From the NCBI GenBank assembly GCA_024679065.1, contig JAGIQG010000019.1, positions 37,696,001 through 37,760,000 of the forward strand: a DNA stretch of 64,000 nt. Direction: 5' to 3'. Below, piece after piece: positions 24,043-37,499 of the stretch (the stretch's first letter is position 1; every line of letters starts with the position of its first letter). The notes below the pieces were generated by a model, which saw only the letters and a list, made by a program, of their open reading frames with translations, was not told the DNA's origin and ran no database searches. This DNA is from Sphyrna mokarran (Eukaryota). The position numbers and the translations under genes are program-made.

Positions 24043-24325
24043 AAAGTTTAAAGCTTATTTATTAATGTCACAAATAGGCTTATAGTAATACTGCAATGAA
24101 GTTACTATGAAAATTTCCTAGTCACCGCACTCTGGCACCTGTTTGGGTATAATGAGGAAGAATTTAGCATGGCCAATGTACCTAACCAGCACGTCTTTTG
24201 GGCTGTGAGAGGAAACTGAAACACCCAGAGGAAATCCACGCAGACAGGGGGAGAATGTGTAGATTCCACATAGACAGTGAAAAGAAACAGGAATTGAACT
24301 GGCACTCTGAGGCAGCAGTGTTCCA
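24043..24325 (-). mobile_element. HE1-type SINE with alternative tail (tail B)
   Basis: V-domain followed by ...GACTAGGAAATTTTCATAGTAACTTCATTGCAGT...TTGTGACATTAATAAATAA. Confidence 0.85.
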
Positions 24326-26959
24326 ATAACAATACCTATGAATTAAAGAAATCAAGAGAATTAAGGGATACGGTAATAGTGCAAGAAAGTGGAACTGAGT
24401 TAAGAATATTAGCTATAATCGGATTGAATAGTGGCGTAAGCTCAATGGGTCACATGGCGTACTCCTGTTCCTATATATTTTCTTACAAATTAGTTGAATA
24501 TTCAATTATCTTGAATATTAGTTGAATGTCCTTTATGACATTGACACTTACCCAGAGTAGAAGGATCCCATCTTCAAACCCAATCCAGTCGGGTTGGCTA
24601 ATCTCAGCTGCTGTGTCACCTGGAAGTCCTACAAGTGTCCAGGCTGGAGAAAACCAACCAGACTTCTGAGTGTTGGTCACCAACTGAAGCTCAAAGTGTG
24701 GAACTGGGATGAGGACAGGATGGTGTTTGGCTGTGATACTCCCCTCTCAGTCTGCTGCCATTCCCAGTCCTGCTGACAGTTAGAATGGATACTTAAATAA
24801 GTTATTGATAAACAGCTAATGCTCATAGGATTGTACTGATCTAGAACTACTGCCATCAGATTGGTGTGTTTTTGTCAACTCACTTGCACATCTAATGAAA
24901 TTTACACCAGATTCCAAAGGCATTATGACAATGAATAGTCTGAACTGCTCCACAGGTGATTTCTGTTTTGTAAAATCCCTTTTGACAGACAGATTTGCTG
25001 CCCTTTTAAGATGACACTTCATTAAATCTTTCCTTGTTTAATTCCTGAAGACTTCCAGGAGGTAAGAATCCCAAACTGCTTTGGCTTGTGAACCAGCATA
25101 TTATCCTGGAATCCCATAATCTATGCTTAGTGTAGGCTTTCCTAGTACATATTGACTGCAATCTAAATGTTTAATTCTATTTTTGGAGGTGTTGTTGTAC
25201 AGTGAAACTCCAACATACTATCCACAGAACAATGAAATCAGATGCTACGGATCATGATCTCCCAACAGACAATTTCTTAATCCTGGCTATTTCAACACTG
25301 GAAGATAATTGACCAGCAATGCAGCATCTCTTAGGGAGAAAGGTTGAGTAAGGAGCAATGTACCCTCAGTGCAATGTCCTTTCCTATGACTGGGGAATGA
25401 GAAAGGGAATGGGTTGGAAAGACATTTAGCATTGGCCTTGCTAAATTCTCTGTCAGTGTACCCAAACAGGAGTGTGGTGACTAGGGGACTCTCACAGTAA
25501 CTTCATTGCAGAGTTAATGTAAATAAAAATATAGAGACATAGTAATAAAATAAATAAAAATATAGAGGCACAGTAATTGCTGGCTAAAAAAGATTAACGT
25601 ACATCTCATTCACCTTCTACCATCCTGGTATGACAACTCATTGACAAATCACAGCAAACAATCTCTATCCATTAGTCCAAATAAGATGAGGAAAACCCCA
25701 ATGGTGAGATCCAGGATATTCTGTACCTTGCAAGCGTGTTACATTTACCACGTGTCCTGTCTCAATCATGAACCAATTCAGAGGCAGAAGTAATAATTGA
25801 ACCAGTTTTGAATCTAAAAATAAGTATTTTTGTTAGATATTGACAATTGTGGACCACAATGTGGTAGTGAAGGATGTAGTAATATAGTGATAATGTTGGT
25901 TCGGGAAGTAGTGAATATGAATTTAAATATCAAAATGGCAGTTTAAATATTTGATTGGTTTTAATTATTCATTGTTAGAATTAGTTTTGAACTTGACACA
26001 CACTAACTTATTGGAATGGAACCCAACCCACTGACTCTATATTCACTTCACCCTATTGGATTGCTCAATGCTGTTTCTTGGATATTGTTACATCCAGACA
26101 GTCAGAAAAGCTTTATTTTTTGAGTACACTTTAACAAATTTACATCAAGGCTTGAGAATAGCCAACCAACCCATTAACCTCTTCTGGCAGTGATCCCTCA
26201 ACTGACAGAAAATGAAGTACAAGCCTTTAAAAATTCTAAGTAATTCATAGGGATGACCATTAAACACAAGAATTGGCTATGCTGGAGCAATGAGGACATT
26301 TGGAGTTAGAGGAGAACTGGGCAAAAGAGAATTTCTTCAGATGCTGGAATTCTAAAATAATAACAGAAAATAGTGAAAATATTTAGCAGATTGGGAAGCA
26401 TCCCTCGGGAGAGAAAAAAGCTAATGTTTTGGTGGAGATGCATATGTATTTTATTATCAACCATTGATAATATCCAACCTCTGCTACAAACGCTGATTGT
26501 AGCAAGTAACAAGGTAACCAGACTTGAGGGAGAGATCCTCCAGCCTACCAGCTGTATGTTTCCTGCTGGTGGGAGTGGCACGTTGTTTGCTAACAGTGGG
26601 ATTCTTTGGTGCTGCTACTGTCAGTGGGAATTCCCATTGACCTCACCCACGTGGGCAGGAAATTGGCAAGTGAGCGTGCACTGCCAGCAGGACTGGAAAA
26701 ACCGGATGATTCCAGCCTTGATTTTTTTTCCATTTTCTCTTCCATTAAGTCTATGTTTTCCTTTGTTCTGGCTGGGTGACTGGGTCAGCGGCCATGAGAT
26801 TCCTCAATGGAGTCCCACTTCTGTTGGTGAATAACCCCTGTCATAAGATCCATTCAACTAATTTGTGTGTGTGAGGTTCTGATTTAGCCAGGCCAGCAGA
26901 GCAGAGATTAAAGAGAAAGCAAAGAGCTTTCTACAGGGAAGGATGATCACAATATGATA

Positions 26960-27780
26960 AAATTTCACATTCAGTTTGAAAGTGAATCATTTGGGTCTAA
27001 AACTAGTGTCTTAAATTTAAATAAAGGCAATTACAAAAGTGGAAAGATAGAGTTGACTAGAGTGGAAGGGGTAAGTACGTTAAAAGATAAGACAGTAGAA
27101 AAATAATTGTAGAAATTTAAGGGGATAATTCATAACTTTCAAAAAAGATATATTTCACTGAGAAATAAAGATGCTATGAGAAGGAAGTTAAGGATGATAT
27201 CAGATTGAAAGAAATGATGTACAATGTTCCAATGATTGGTGGTAGTTCAGAAGATTGGTAAGATTTTAAAAACCAGGAAAGAATTATTTTAAAAAAATAG
27301 AGAGAGGTGATCTTATTGAAACATATAAGTTTCTGGGGGCTTGAGAAAGTGGTTGCTGGGATGCTGTGTCCTCTCATGAGGCGACTCCGAAACTAGAGAG
27401 ATGGTTTCAAAATAATTTAATATGAAGTTGAGGAGGAATTTCTTCTGTCAGAGTTGTTCGTCTTTGGAATTCCCTTCCCCAGCAATCTGTGGAGGTTGGG
27501 TCATTAAATATATTCAAGATTGAGTTGGGTGTTTTTTTTATTGTGGAGTTAAAGTTTATGAGGGGAAAGCAGAAAAGTGAAGTTGAATGAGATCAACATT
27601 GATCTTATTGAATGTTGGAACGTGGGCCCTGATTTTACTGGCATGCATGTCCCTGAAATTGGAGTGGGCGAGGCTCACAGAGTGCCATTTTCTGTTGGCC
27701 TTGGACATGATCTTACTAGTCTTGGGCTGGTGTGCCGGTAAAATTTCACCCACGGTCTATTACTGCTCCTATTTCATATG
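26960..27780 (+). mobile_element. CR1/HER1 LINE fragments
   Basis: AATTTAAATAAAGGCAATTAC...; AGAGGTGATCTTATTGAAACATATAAG...GAGGAGGAATTTCTTC...TATATTCAAG... followed by the 3' tail. Confidence 0.8.
27624..27751. mobile_element. Short MITE with terminal inverted repeats (possibly PIF/Harbinger-like), inserted in a CR1 tail
   Basis: GGGCCCTGATTTTACTGGCA ... TGCCGGTAAAATTTCACCC. Confidence 0.65.
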
Positions 27781-28380
27781 ATCTTAAAGGAGGAAGGAAT
27801 AGTTCTTAGTTCCTGGTGGTCAATTACAGATTGCCTTTCCTGCCTTGTCCTGGAGCAGGGAATACCACAGTAACAATAAAATACTCATAAACTCAGGGAA
27901 TGCCAGTCAGTTCTCAGCGAAGGGACTGACTGCCCAGCAACATCTTCTGGACACTGTGCAATAAGATGGAAAGTGTTAGAACCTGGCAATGGCAATGGAC
28001 AAGACTTATGGTACCACCACCAATCACCTACCTCCATTCTCAATCATTCACCACCATCCCATTTGCTGTCAACATTACAGTGTGAGACATGGGGTCACAC
28101 AAACCAGGCGTGTTCGCACCAGGCGTAAGAATAGATGGCAAGTATGTTAGACAGTATGAGAGATGAGGATGAACGTGCTGGGTGTTTTAATATGAGATGA
28201 ATTGATACTGAGTTTGTTAGTATGAGCCCCACAGACATTAACCTTGTCAGAAGACTGTCGGTGAGATAGTTATTGTAAATAATATAAATAGTTTACATAG
28301 AAACATTCAAAACTCATTATGTTTGTAACCTTGATCTACCTGTGTAATTAAATCCAGTTGTATACTGACTGCAGCATTCT

Positions 28381-28440
28381 AATAAAAAAGGAAGTTTCCG
28401 GTTGTTTTGAAGTGTAATGTTTTCTTGTGTCTTGTCTGAG
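28381..28440 (+). terminator. Candidate polyadenylation signal of the + strand host transcript
   Basis: AATAAA at 28381, several upstream TGTA motifs, and a GU/U-rich downstream tract GTTGTTTTG...TGTTTTCTTGTGTCTTGTCT, all in non-repetitive sequence. Confidence 0.35.
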
Positions 28441-28515
28441 CTGAATCATTTTGCATTTCAATTAAATGATTAACAGTCCAACAACAGGCTAAGCAAATGA
28501 TGAATCCAATGGCAG

Positions 28516-28528
28516 AGGTCAGGGGTCA
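28516..28528 (+). promoter_or_regulatory. Nuclear-receptor DR1 element
   Basis: AGGTCA-G-GGGTCA, two consensus half-sites spaced by 1 nt. Confidence 0.35.
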
Positions 28529-29051
28529 GCAGGATCAGATGTTAATTCCAGCTTTTGATCTGTTGCGTCATTGACTAATTCACCAAAAATGAATAAACAA
28601 ATACCAACACAAGAACCAAAACACATTCTTCATTTTGTTTTGCTTCCCACCAACCCCAAACTCCACATCAACCAACCTCCATCATCACCAGCCTCCCACC
28701 TCTGCTCCTATAGAATTTGTCATGTTCTGTTTAAGGAAGAGTTATAGATTACATGCCCACATGTTTCAATAATAGGTTCATGTGAGTGTTGTTCTGCTCT
28801 AGGTATTGTACTGTTCCAAGTGGCCATGGTTCAGAATGCTCACAGCGTAATAACCATAATGATGCTTGTTTATAATGTAATACCTACATTATCTTGAACT
28901 ATAATGACACTGTGAACAATTCGTGAAGTGAATCCTGTCTCAGAGTAACGCATATTTTCCACCAAAGGATAATTGTTCATGTGAAAAGAATGAAATGGTT
29001 TGTTGTTGCATTTCTCTTTCTGAGTGCTCACATATCCAATGTAGACACAAA

Positions 29052-29990
29052 GGGCCCAATTTTACCATTCCGTCATGTTCATTTTCAGGTGCAAAAACTT
29101 AGTAAAATCAGGTGTGACGCAATTAGCGTGATTTGCGCCCACGTCTACGCAGATGTCCTCTTTACCAAGGCCCTAAATGGACGCAACGGCGATTTAAATG
29201 CATTTCATGCATTTATATTGAATTAATGGGCTGCTGCCCAACCTTACCAGCATTTCCCCCTTTACCATCACAGTCACTTGTCCAGATTCGATGTGAAACA
29301 GACAAACTTGGCAAAGGCCTGTTCCAGGTGCTCCAGCTTCTGAAGAGGTAAATTCAGAGCTTCCAATGGCTCTCTAACTCAAATCGATGGTGGTGGGTGA
29401 GTGGGAGGTGGGGAGGGGAAGAAGGAAGGCGGATCAGATCATTTTCTGGTGGGGGGAGGGTGGTTCAATCATTCTCTTGTTGGGAGGGGGAGGAGGAGGG
29501 AAACCAGATTATTTTCTGGTGGTGGGAGCAAGAGGAGGGCAGTGGCAAGGGAGGTGGATCAGATCTGGTGACAGGGGAGGAGGGAGGTCAAATGGTTCTC
29601 GGGGGGTGTGGGTGGAGGGGAGGGAGGCCAGGTGGATTTTGATGGGGGGAGGGGGAGGTGGGGGGGGCTCTGCTGCCACTCTGCGGGCAATCGGTAGGGG
29701 GGAAGGGAGTAGGGGGTTGTGATCAGTGTTGTAGTGGAGGGGTAGATGGATAAGGGGGACAATTATGTTGTGGGGGTGGGGTGATATTTGTGGGGGCCAT
29801 CATTTCCACTTTTTGCTCTTGGGCCACTTTATCTGCTTTTTGCGGCCTGGGAGCGATGTAGCAGAGAAGCGGTTTTCTCTTTTTTTCTCTCCGTGCACAT
29901 GCAGTTCAAAGCTTCAATCGGAACCCACACTGCTAGCATCAAGAACGGGCAAGAGAAGAAGCTCCCTGGGAACCATGCCTGGAAGTTCCC
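29052..29990. mobile_element. Non-autonomous DNA-transposon-like element with a G-rich interior
   Basis: Begins GGGCCCAATTTTACC, the same TIR type as at 27624. Retains CpGs and has a G-run-rich interior at 29390-29795. The right end is unclear. Confidence 0.5.
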
Positions 29991-30454
29991 CTTGAAAGCA
30001 CACAGCACCTTGACTTGGAAATATATCCCTGTTCCTTTCCCTGTTCCTTTCACTGTTGCTGGATCAAATTCCTGGAACTCCCTCCCTAACAGCACTGCGA
30101 GTGTGCCTACAGCTGTTCCAGTAGACACCTGATCATCACTTTCTCAAGGTCAATTAGAGATAGGCAATAAATGGCCACATCCCATGAATAAATAAAACAA
30201 TACATAATCAACACAAACTATCAAAGAACATCCATATTCCAGTGGGAATTTAAATTCAATTAATTAAATAAAATCTGGAGGGGAAAAAGCCAATACCAAC
30301 AATGGTGACAATGACACTGCTCTATCATTGTCAAAATGCATCTCCCGCATTTTGATACCTGGTGGGATAATGAAGACATGTGGAGTTTATGGAATTTTAC
30401 TTCAGCATGGGATATCATCAGGAAAAACAGCAAGTTTAAGATTAGGGTGCCATT

Positions 30455-30727
30455 TGGGTGGCATAATGGCACAGTGCCCAGCACTGCTGCTTCACAGCAC
30501 CAGGGACCAGAATTCAATTCCTGCCTTGGGATTTGCCCGTTTTCCCCATGTCTGCGCGGATTTCTTCCAGGTACTCCAGTTTCCTCAATCTGGTTAGGTG
30601 CTTTGGCCATGCTAAATTCTCCCTGAATTTACCTAAACAGGCGCAGGAGTGTGGCGACGAGGGGATTTTCACAGTAACTTCATTGTAGTGTTAATGTCAG
30701 CCTACTTGTGACAGTAATAAATAAATT
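30455..30727 (+). mobile_element. HE1-type SINE, tail B
   Basis: GGCACAGTG...AGCACTGCTGCTTCACAGCACCAGGGACC head, then tail GGGGATTTTCACAGTAACTTCATTGTAGTGTTAATGTCAGCCTACTTGTGACAGTAATAAA. Confidence 0.88.
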
Positions 30728-31351
30728 AAATATATTTCTTTTGTGTCATGTTGCCTTAATCTTCAGTAATTGTAGCTTCCTGCAGTTCCTGTTTATTTTC
30801 CTATCCTAACTCTCAAAATCCATTGGTAAAATAGAGAAACCTACTCTAAGGCATTGAAAAGAAATAATTTGCATTTATATAGCACTCTTCAGTATGTCTC
30901 TGTACACAGTATAGCCAATAAAGTAACTTTAAAAAATGGTTGCTGTTGTAATGTTGGAAAGGAGACCTTGTGAACAACCCCTAGCAACAAATAAAATCAT
31001 TAAAAGAAAGGCTGGACAAATACGTCATTGTTAAAAAAAAACTGCCTTTCTAAACAATGGGATGGGCCAAACATTTTTTCCATACAGGATTGATGAGTGA
31101 TATGAAGGTTGTGTTTATCTAAATATTGCACAAGGCTGAAAGTAATGAAATGAATAATCAGGAAAAGACTCATCTTCCCAGCAACTTCGATGCCTTGTAA
31201 TGGGTCAAAATGTTTAATACATTCATCTCAAAGGCTAAAAATCTTCAGTTATCAATAAAAACTGACATTTAAATAGCACCTTTAGTGTTATAAAACATAC
31301 CAAGCTACTTCACAGTTGTGTTATCAGACAACTATTTTTAACTATTTTAAC

Positions 31352-31530
31352 AATTGACCTAATCCGCACATCTTTGGATGCTGGGAGGAAACTGGAGCAC
31401 CCGGAGAAAGCCCATGCAGACATGAGGAGAATGTGCAAACTCCACACAGACAGTGACCTAAGCCGGGATTTGAACTCATATCCCTGAAGTTGTGAAGCAG
31501 CAACGCTAACCACTGTGCTATGTGCTGCCC
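31352..31530 (-). mobile_element. HE1-type SINE 5' half
   Basis: Head and V-domain on the minus strand. Confidence 0.85.
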
Positions 31531-31677
31531 TCAGTCAACCCGACCAGGAGTTATGCTCCTAGTCGCACAGGTCACAGGGACATTCAAGCCTTGCCACCCA
31601 AAACAAGCTGCTGTCCATGATTTTAGAGTGGCTTCCACTCCCCTTCCTCTGCATTTCCTCAATTACATAACAAAATA

Positions 31678-32010
31678 AGGCAGCACTGTAACACAGCTGC
31701 TTCACAGCTCCAGGGACCTGGGTTCGATTTCTGGTTTGGTTTACAGTCCGTATGAAGTTTGCACATTCTTCTTGAGTCTGTATGGGTTTCTTCACAGTTC
31801 TCTGGTTTCCTTCCACATTCCAAGATGTGCAGGTTAGGTGATTTGCCATGCTAAAATTGCTCCTTAATGTCCTAAGATGTGCAGGTTAGAGGGATTAGTG
31901 GGTAAAATATGTAGGGATATGGGGTAGGTCTTATGTGGGATTGTGGTAGTGCAGACTCAATGGGCCGAATGGTCTCTTTCTGTACTGTAGGTTTCTACGA
32001 TTCTTCTATG
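31678..32010 (+). mobile_element. HE1-type SINE, CR1-type tail
   Basis: GCTTCACAGCTCCAGGGACCTGGGTTCGATT...GCAGACTCAATGGGCCGAATGG...CTGTACTGTAGG. Confidence 0.88.
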
Positions 32011-32011
32011 A

Positions 32012-32310
32012 TTCAAACCATTGTCCAATCTCCAACCATCACCCAGTCTCCAACCATCACGCAATTGCCAACCAGCATCCAGTCTCCAACTATTACCCAG
32101 TATCCAACCATCGCTTAGTGCCCAACCATCAATCACCAAGTCTCCAACCATCACCCAACCTCCAGCCAGCACCCAGTTTCCAACCATCACTCAGTCTTCA
32201 ACCATCCCCGAATCTCCAACCAGCACCCAATTTCCAACCATTACACAGTGTCCAACCATCACACAGTCTCATGCCAAGACTCCAAACATCAACCATCACC
32301 CAGTATGTAA
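32012..32310. repeat. Minisatellite, 18-bp unit CACCCAGTCTCCAACCAT
   Basis: About 15 degenerate tandem copies directly after a SINE tail. Confidence 0.93.
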
Positions 32311-33290
32311 CCACCCATTCTCCGTAAACTGAAGCACAAGTAAACCAATAATCTCTTCCAGTTCTGTAGTACTTGGAAGTGGCTGCATTTCTCTTTTTCT
32401 GATATCATGAGCAGCATCCAATTTCTTCTGATGTTCTACTATCATCTGCCTGGCTCTTAAACTCTGGAAAACCTCCCCAAACATTCTGCTGCACCACCTT
32501 CCCACCTCTCTGTCCTCCTTTAGGATGCCCTGTAAAACCAATCTCTTTGACCAAATTTTTGATCAATTGTTGTAATACTCCCCAATGTGCATCAGATTTT
32601 CCGTCAAGTGTGTTTGCATGTATTTGCTATGTTGAGAGCACTTTATAAATGCAATTTTTTGTTGTCAGGAGCAAAAGGGGCAATTAATTGTATTTGGTGA
32701 TAGGCAGAGGAGACTGCAATGAAACTCATTCAGTTCAAGTACTTATCCCCCATAATATCCAAAAGAGCTGAGTTAAACCCCTGCTTTGTAAAGTTCAGAG
32801 GATGAGAGCTCCAACTAGTCCACCCATTAAAAACTAGGCAATTCCATGTGTGCTTTTGATGAGCCTGAGAGTTCCGTGATTTTTTTTTGGTACCTTTCAG
32901 GAATTTATTTCTATCCTTCACCTTGATCGGTTATCACTGACTGACTGGAATGTGAGGGGTAATGAGGTCCCATTCCTTACACCTCCCACCCCAATGGACC
33001 CCTTGATAATCACGATTGCATGAATAATAAATCAGGTTTAAGTCTGAGAGCTGCTTTTGGCTAAGTGCTAACTGAGTATAAATAAGAAGGATTTAATAAT
33101 TTATCCACGTCTTGATTTATTCATTTATATATGTTACTTTTGCTTCGCTAAAGTCACAGACTACATTAGCAACATAAACGCTCCAAACATATTTCAGACT
33201 GATGTGCACCAAGGAGCCGAAGGGTAGGTGCTAGTTGTTAAATGTGGGGCCGATAAAAAATGTGATAAGAAATCTGCACATTACTCTGAT

Positions 33291-35390
33291 TGTATGAGAG
33301 GCTGTTTTATTTATGAGAATATTCTAGAGACTTCAAAGCACAAAAGCCACTCATCTAGACATAGACTTACCCAAGCACCCAAACAAATAGAAACCCAGAC
33401 ACACCCAAAAACCTAGAGGTATGCACACCTCTGATGATCGCCTTCTGCTATCCATATAAACACAAATAAAGTATGTGGGATGGGCTTTTCCAGCCTTCCC
33501 ACTGACAAGATCTTCCAGTCCTACCGACGGCAACACCCCCGCCACAGGTTCTCCAGCGGCAGAAGGTGTGGACAATGGGAAACCCCATTGGCATTGGTGG
33601 GACCAGAAGGTCCTATGGTTCTATTTGTTGGAGGAGCTGTGGCAGGGTTTATTTACAAGCAATGGACCAATCTCTAGACACATCCTGTTGTCTAGAGTAT
33701 TACAGCGTACTGAGACCTTGATTCCTAGCCACATGATGGCATCCCAGTAATTGGCTTATCTGCAAATTGAGCTTCTTAAATGGCCATCACTCTTAAAGCA
33801 ATATTACAACATTTTTTCCCAAAGATAAATCTCACACATTAAAAATGAGATACATAGGTAGTGAATAACAGCAAACACTGCTATAGAGATAGGGATTGTA
33901 AACATTATGTATACAGAAATAACAACTGTATAGATTACGAGTTTGGAGGTCACTGACTCCTTACATTGTTTTGGTGGTTTGACAACTTTTCCAGATCTTT
34001 TTAATGTGCGACCTTCTGGAATTGTGGGTTTGCCCTTGTCTGTTATTGATTCTAAAACATATTTTTGGTGTATTGATTATTGTCCTAGTGTTCCATCCAT
34101 TGTTGTTGGCTGGGTGTGTTCTTTCATGTTGACTGTGTGCAATTGGCATGTTGTACATTTCTCTTAGCTGGCTTCTGTTCCTCCTGAACATTGCTCTGTT
34201 GCATATTGTGACTTCATAAGGCTTGGGCTCACTGCACACTTTGGATATCTCTGCAAATAACAATGCCCCCAGTGTGGAGTGTGTGATTCTGACCTTTTGA
34301 TCTATGTACAGCTAAGGTCATCTGTAACTATGTGTTAGTCATGCATCACTTCAACCTCTTTCTTTATCGAGAAGTGCATCCTGAATCTCAAAGAATTCAG
34401 ATGGATGATGGCTTGGCAAGATCGTTTTCATTTGCCTTCCAAAGATGATCTCAGTTGGTGACGTAAACCCATATCCAGGGAGGTTTAACATGGCGACACA
34501 AAAGTTTTCTTTAATTGTTCTACACTTCAGGATAAGTGATTTGATAGTTTGAAGGATATATAAGAATGAGACTGTTAGATCACATACTCACACATCATTT
34601 GATGTACATCTCCCTGAAGGTTTGTCCATATACTGTGGCTTATTTTCCCCATCAAGCTGAGCTGAACAGATTGAATAGATGCACTTAGCATTCCCTAGCC
34701 TGCTTGATAACTGGAAATTTGGAAAAGTAACCTAAAAAATTTGGAGAAGTAACCTAAGATTAAGTTGCCTCTGTTTATGGTAACTAGATTGGTGGCAATT
34801 TTAGACCAAGGAACTGATGGAGGCTGGTGAGGCTGTAGAGGTTCTTTACATTGCTGTGTGTGGTGGCTCTGCATACTTGCACATCCACTCTAATTTTCTG
34901 ATGTCAGTATTAATCTCTGATCGATAGATCATGTCATGTGCCAGTCATCTCATCCACGTAAATCCCCGGTGTGCTTGTGACAAAAATGCCCCGTCGGGAA
35001 CTCCAGACACAAGAACTTGTTTCTGTTTGAAAATTATCCCTCTCGAGATACCAGGTTCATCCTTGTATGGCCATAAACATCTGAGGTTGGTTGACATCTC
35101 TCATCGTATCTGGCCATCCTTTTATAATAATTTTCCACAGTGCCTTTGATTATAGGTCATTAGCTGTTTCTGTTTGAAGCTGCATGCTTGTGCAATGAAT
35201 GGATTGTGAACACATCTCCCACCTCAATGTTCATGTTGTCTACTTGTAGACCAGTGGAAAGTCTGCATTCTTGTTCAGATTCAAAGGTGACCATATTGGT
35301 ATTGGGTTTGTAGCAGGATTCAGTTCCATTCACAATTCCTCAGATACTGAGGCATTCCGTATCCATATGTAGCAAGACCTGGATATCATT
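33291..35390 (-). mobile_element. Decayed Gypsy/Ty3 LTR retrotransposon (pol 3' part, integrase, PPT, LTR-like sequence)
   Basis: Minus-strand remnants: WPYKDEPGISRGIIFKQKQV (~35020-35080), a zinc-finger-like segment (~34870-34950), PWSKIATNL...YFSKFP integrase core (~34710-34815), and PKPYEV...FRRNRSQL (~34170-34230). A purine run GGGAAAAAA is followed by TG at 33811. 33291-33704 is a TG...CA LTR-like segment. Confidence 0.75.
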
Positions 35391-37499
35391 CAGCTTATTG
35401 GGAAGCATGTGTGTGGACATTGGTCAAAGTTAGGACCTGACTTTACTGCATCTCTCCCGTAGTCTGCAAATATGAGATCAAAATGGAGAACAAGCACTTG
35501 TTTATATGAGGGAAGACTGGTGCTTGTGGACCTGTAATTGGACATCATTGGGACCCAATGTGCATATTTAAGATCATTGGAACTGGAAGAGGCCATTCAG
35601 CCCCATCAAGATAATTCAGCCATTCAGTTAGAGCATGGCTGATCTAAATCTTAGTTCCATCTAACTGAATGGACTCCAGGACACTTACTGGGGGTGATTC
35701 TTTGACCACATGCGCTCATGCACATATCATACTGAGACCGCTCTAGGCCAGGGAATTTGGAGGAGGGGTGCTTGGTGCTGTGGACCTGCTGCCCTCCCCA
35801 ACCCCAATATAACCTAGTGCCACCCAGCGAGGTTGTGATCCAGCTTCTCATATCTAAATCTCACTTAAATATGCTTTATTGGTTTGAGGCTGGATTTTCC
35901 TCAATTCCAACCTTCAGGAGAACAGGAACCATGTGCCAAACACTAATCCTTTCCAAAACAGAAACTAATCATACTGGCCATGCAGGGGTTCTGAGATGCC
36001 ATTAAGGCCCCCAGGTGATTGGGGAAATGGCTGGATAATGCTCTGCATTGCTGCCCTTGGTAGATGCTGATATCAGTGAGGTAGAGGGGCCTGATGCCAA
36101 CAAATTGAAGGGATGGTCTTAGCCAGCGAGTATGAAGTGGGGCAGGGGTGGGGGGAGAGCTTGTATCTAGGGTTGACTGATGATTGTGGGGCGCTTTAAA
36201 AAAGACACCTGATCTCTGAGGAATCGGCCATGTTGGCATCTGTTGGTTTCTGCTGGGAGAATTTAGTGAGAATCTTCTCAGGCTCTGAAAGTGTGGTTGT
36301 ATTGTGAATTGAATCATATTGACCCGTCCAGCAGGAATCTCCCTGATTTTTCTGCTGGGGACAACACTTTGACTTTTTATTGAATTCCATCCAATATATT
36401 TGCTCAACAAGGAATAAAACATTCGGGGTAAAATGTCTAACTTCAGACAACGAGTGAAAAACATGCGATAACAGATGGATCATTCATTTCTGCCACCTTG
36501 CCTGATTTTCCTGTTGACTGACTTGACAGCACGTAGCAATCCACTGAGCAACCTGGACAGAGGGCCAGGACTGATAGTGTAGAAAACAAACCACCAAAGC
36601 TGAGATGAGGAGGAGACTAACCCTTTGAAAAAGGTATGAAGCCCAGTTCCATGGAGTGAAAGGCAGAATTAGACGTTAGTTATTTTATATAAACAAATAA
36701 CAAGTGAAGTAAAGATGAGGCAGCTGTTTAAATGGTGCGGCTGTTTACACAAAACAAACCAACTGCCTGACTCACGCATGCTCACACCAGGGCTTTAGTA
36801 ACTTCATCCTACATTAGGCACTGAAGTCCTCTGTTTAACGTTGTCATCAGGCCTGAGGAGTGTGGTGAGGTGGATCAGGAACCTAGCTTCCATCTCTGGG
36901 ATTTGATTTGGATCCAGTCAAAGCACAGGGAGAAAATTTCTTCTTCGATCCCTGGTTGAATGTTTGAGATGGATTGACACTGTGACATTGGGATTTAACC
37001 ATTTGGACCAGGATTGCAAACAGCATTGTCAGCACAGACTGATATATTCCTAGAGGTAACATTGCACAATTTCTCACCTTCGGCTGCCCTGCCCAAAAAA
37101 GCATTTATTTCCCACCTATCATTTTAAAATAAATAACACAAAAACTGCTAAAAGTGGTGGGAATCAGGCTATTGAGTTGGATGATCAGCATTGATTATGG
37201 TGAATGGTACAGCAGGCTCCAAGGGCTGAATGGCCTCTTTCTGTTTTTATTTTCTATGTTTCTAAATACTATTCTTTGTGAATGCGTCTTTTCTTGCATG
37301 CTGTCCACAGGCTGGCGTAGACAAAATGGCCAAATTGCCTCCTCCTGTGCTGCAACTTTTCTATGGTTTGATGATTGGTGGCAGAGAGGCCAAGAGTTGA
37401 ATATCTTATTCTTGAAGACTCCAAGGCAATCCTGGAGAGTTTGTAAACGTATACCCAAAGTACAATTCTGCCCTTAAATTGGCACAAAATTGAAGAACA

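Noticed and set aside
31933-32332. Repetitive QSPTIT-type ORFs
   Set aside because: An 18-bp minisatellite adjoining a SINE tail.
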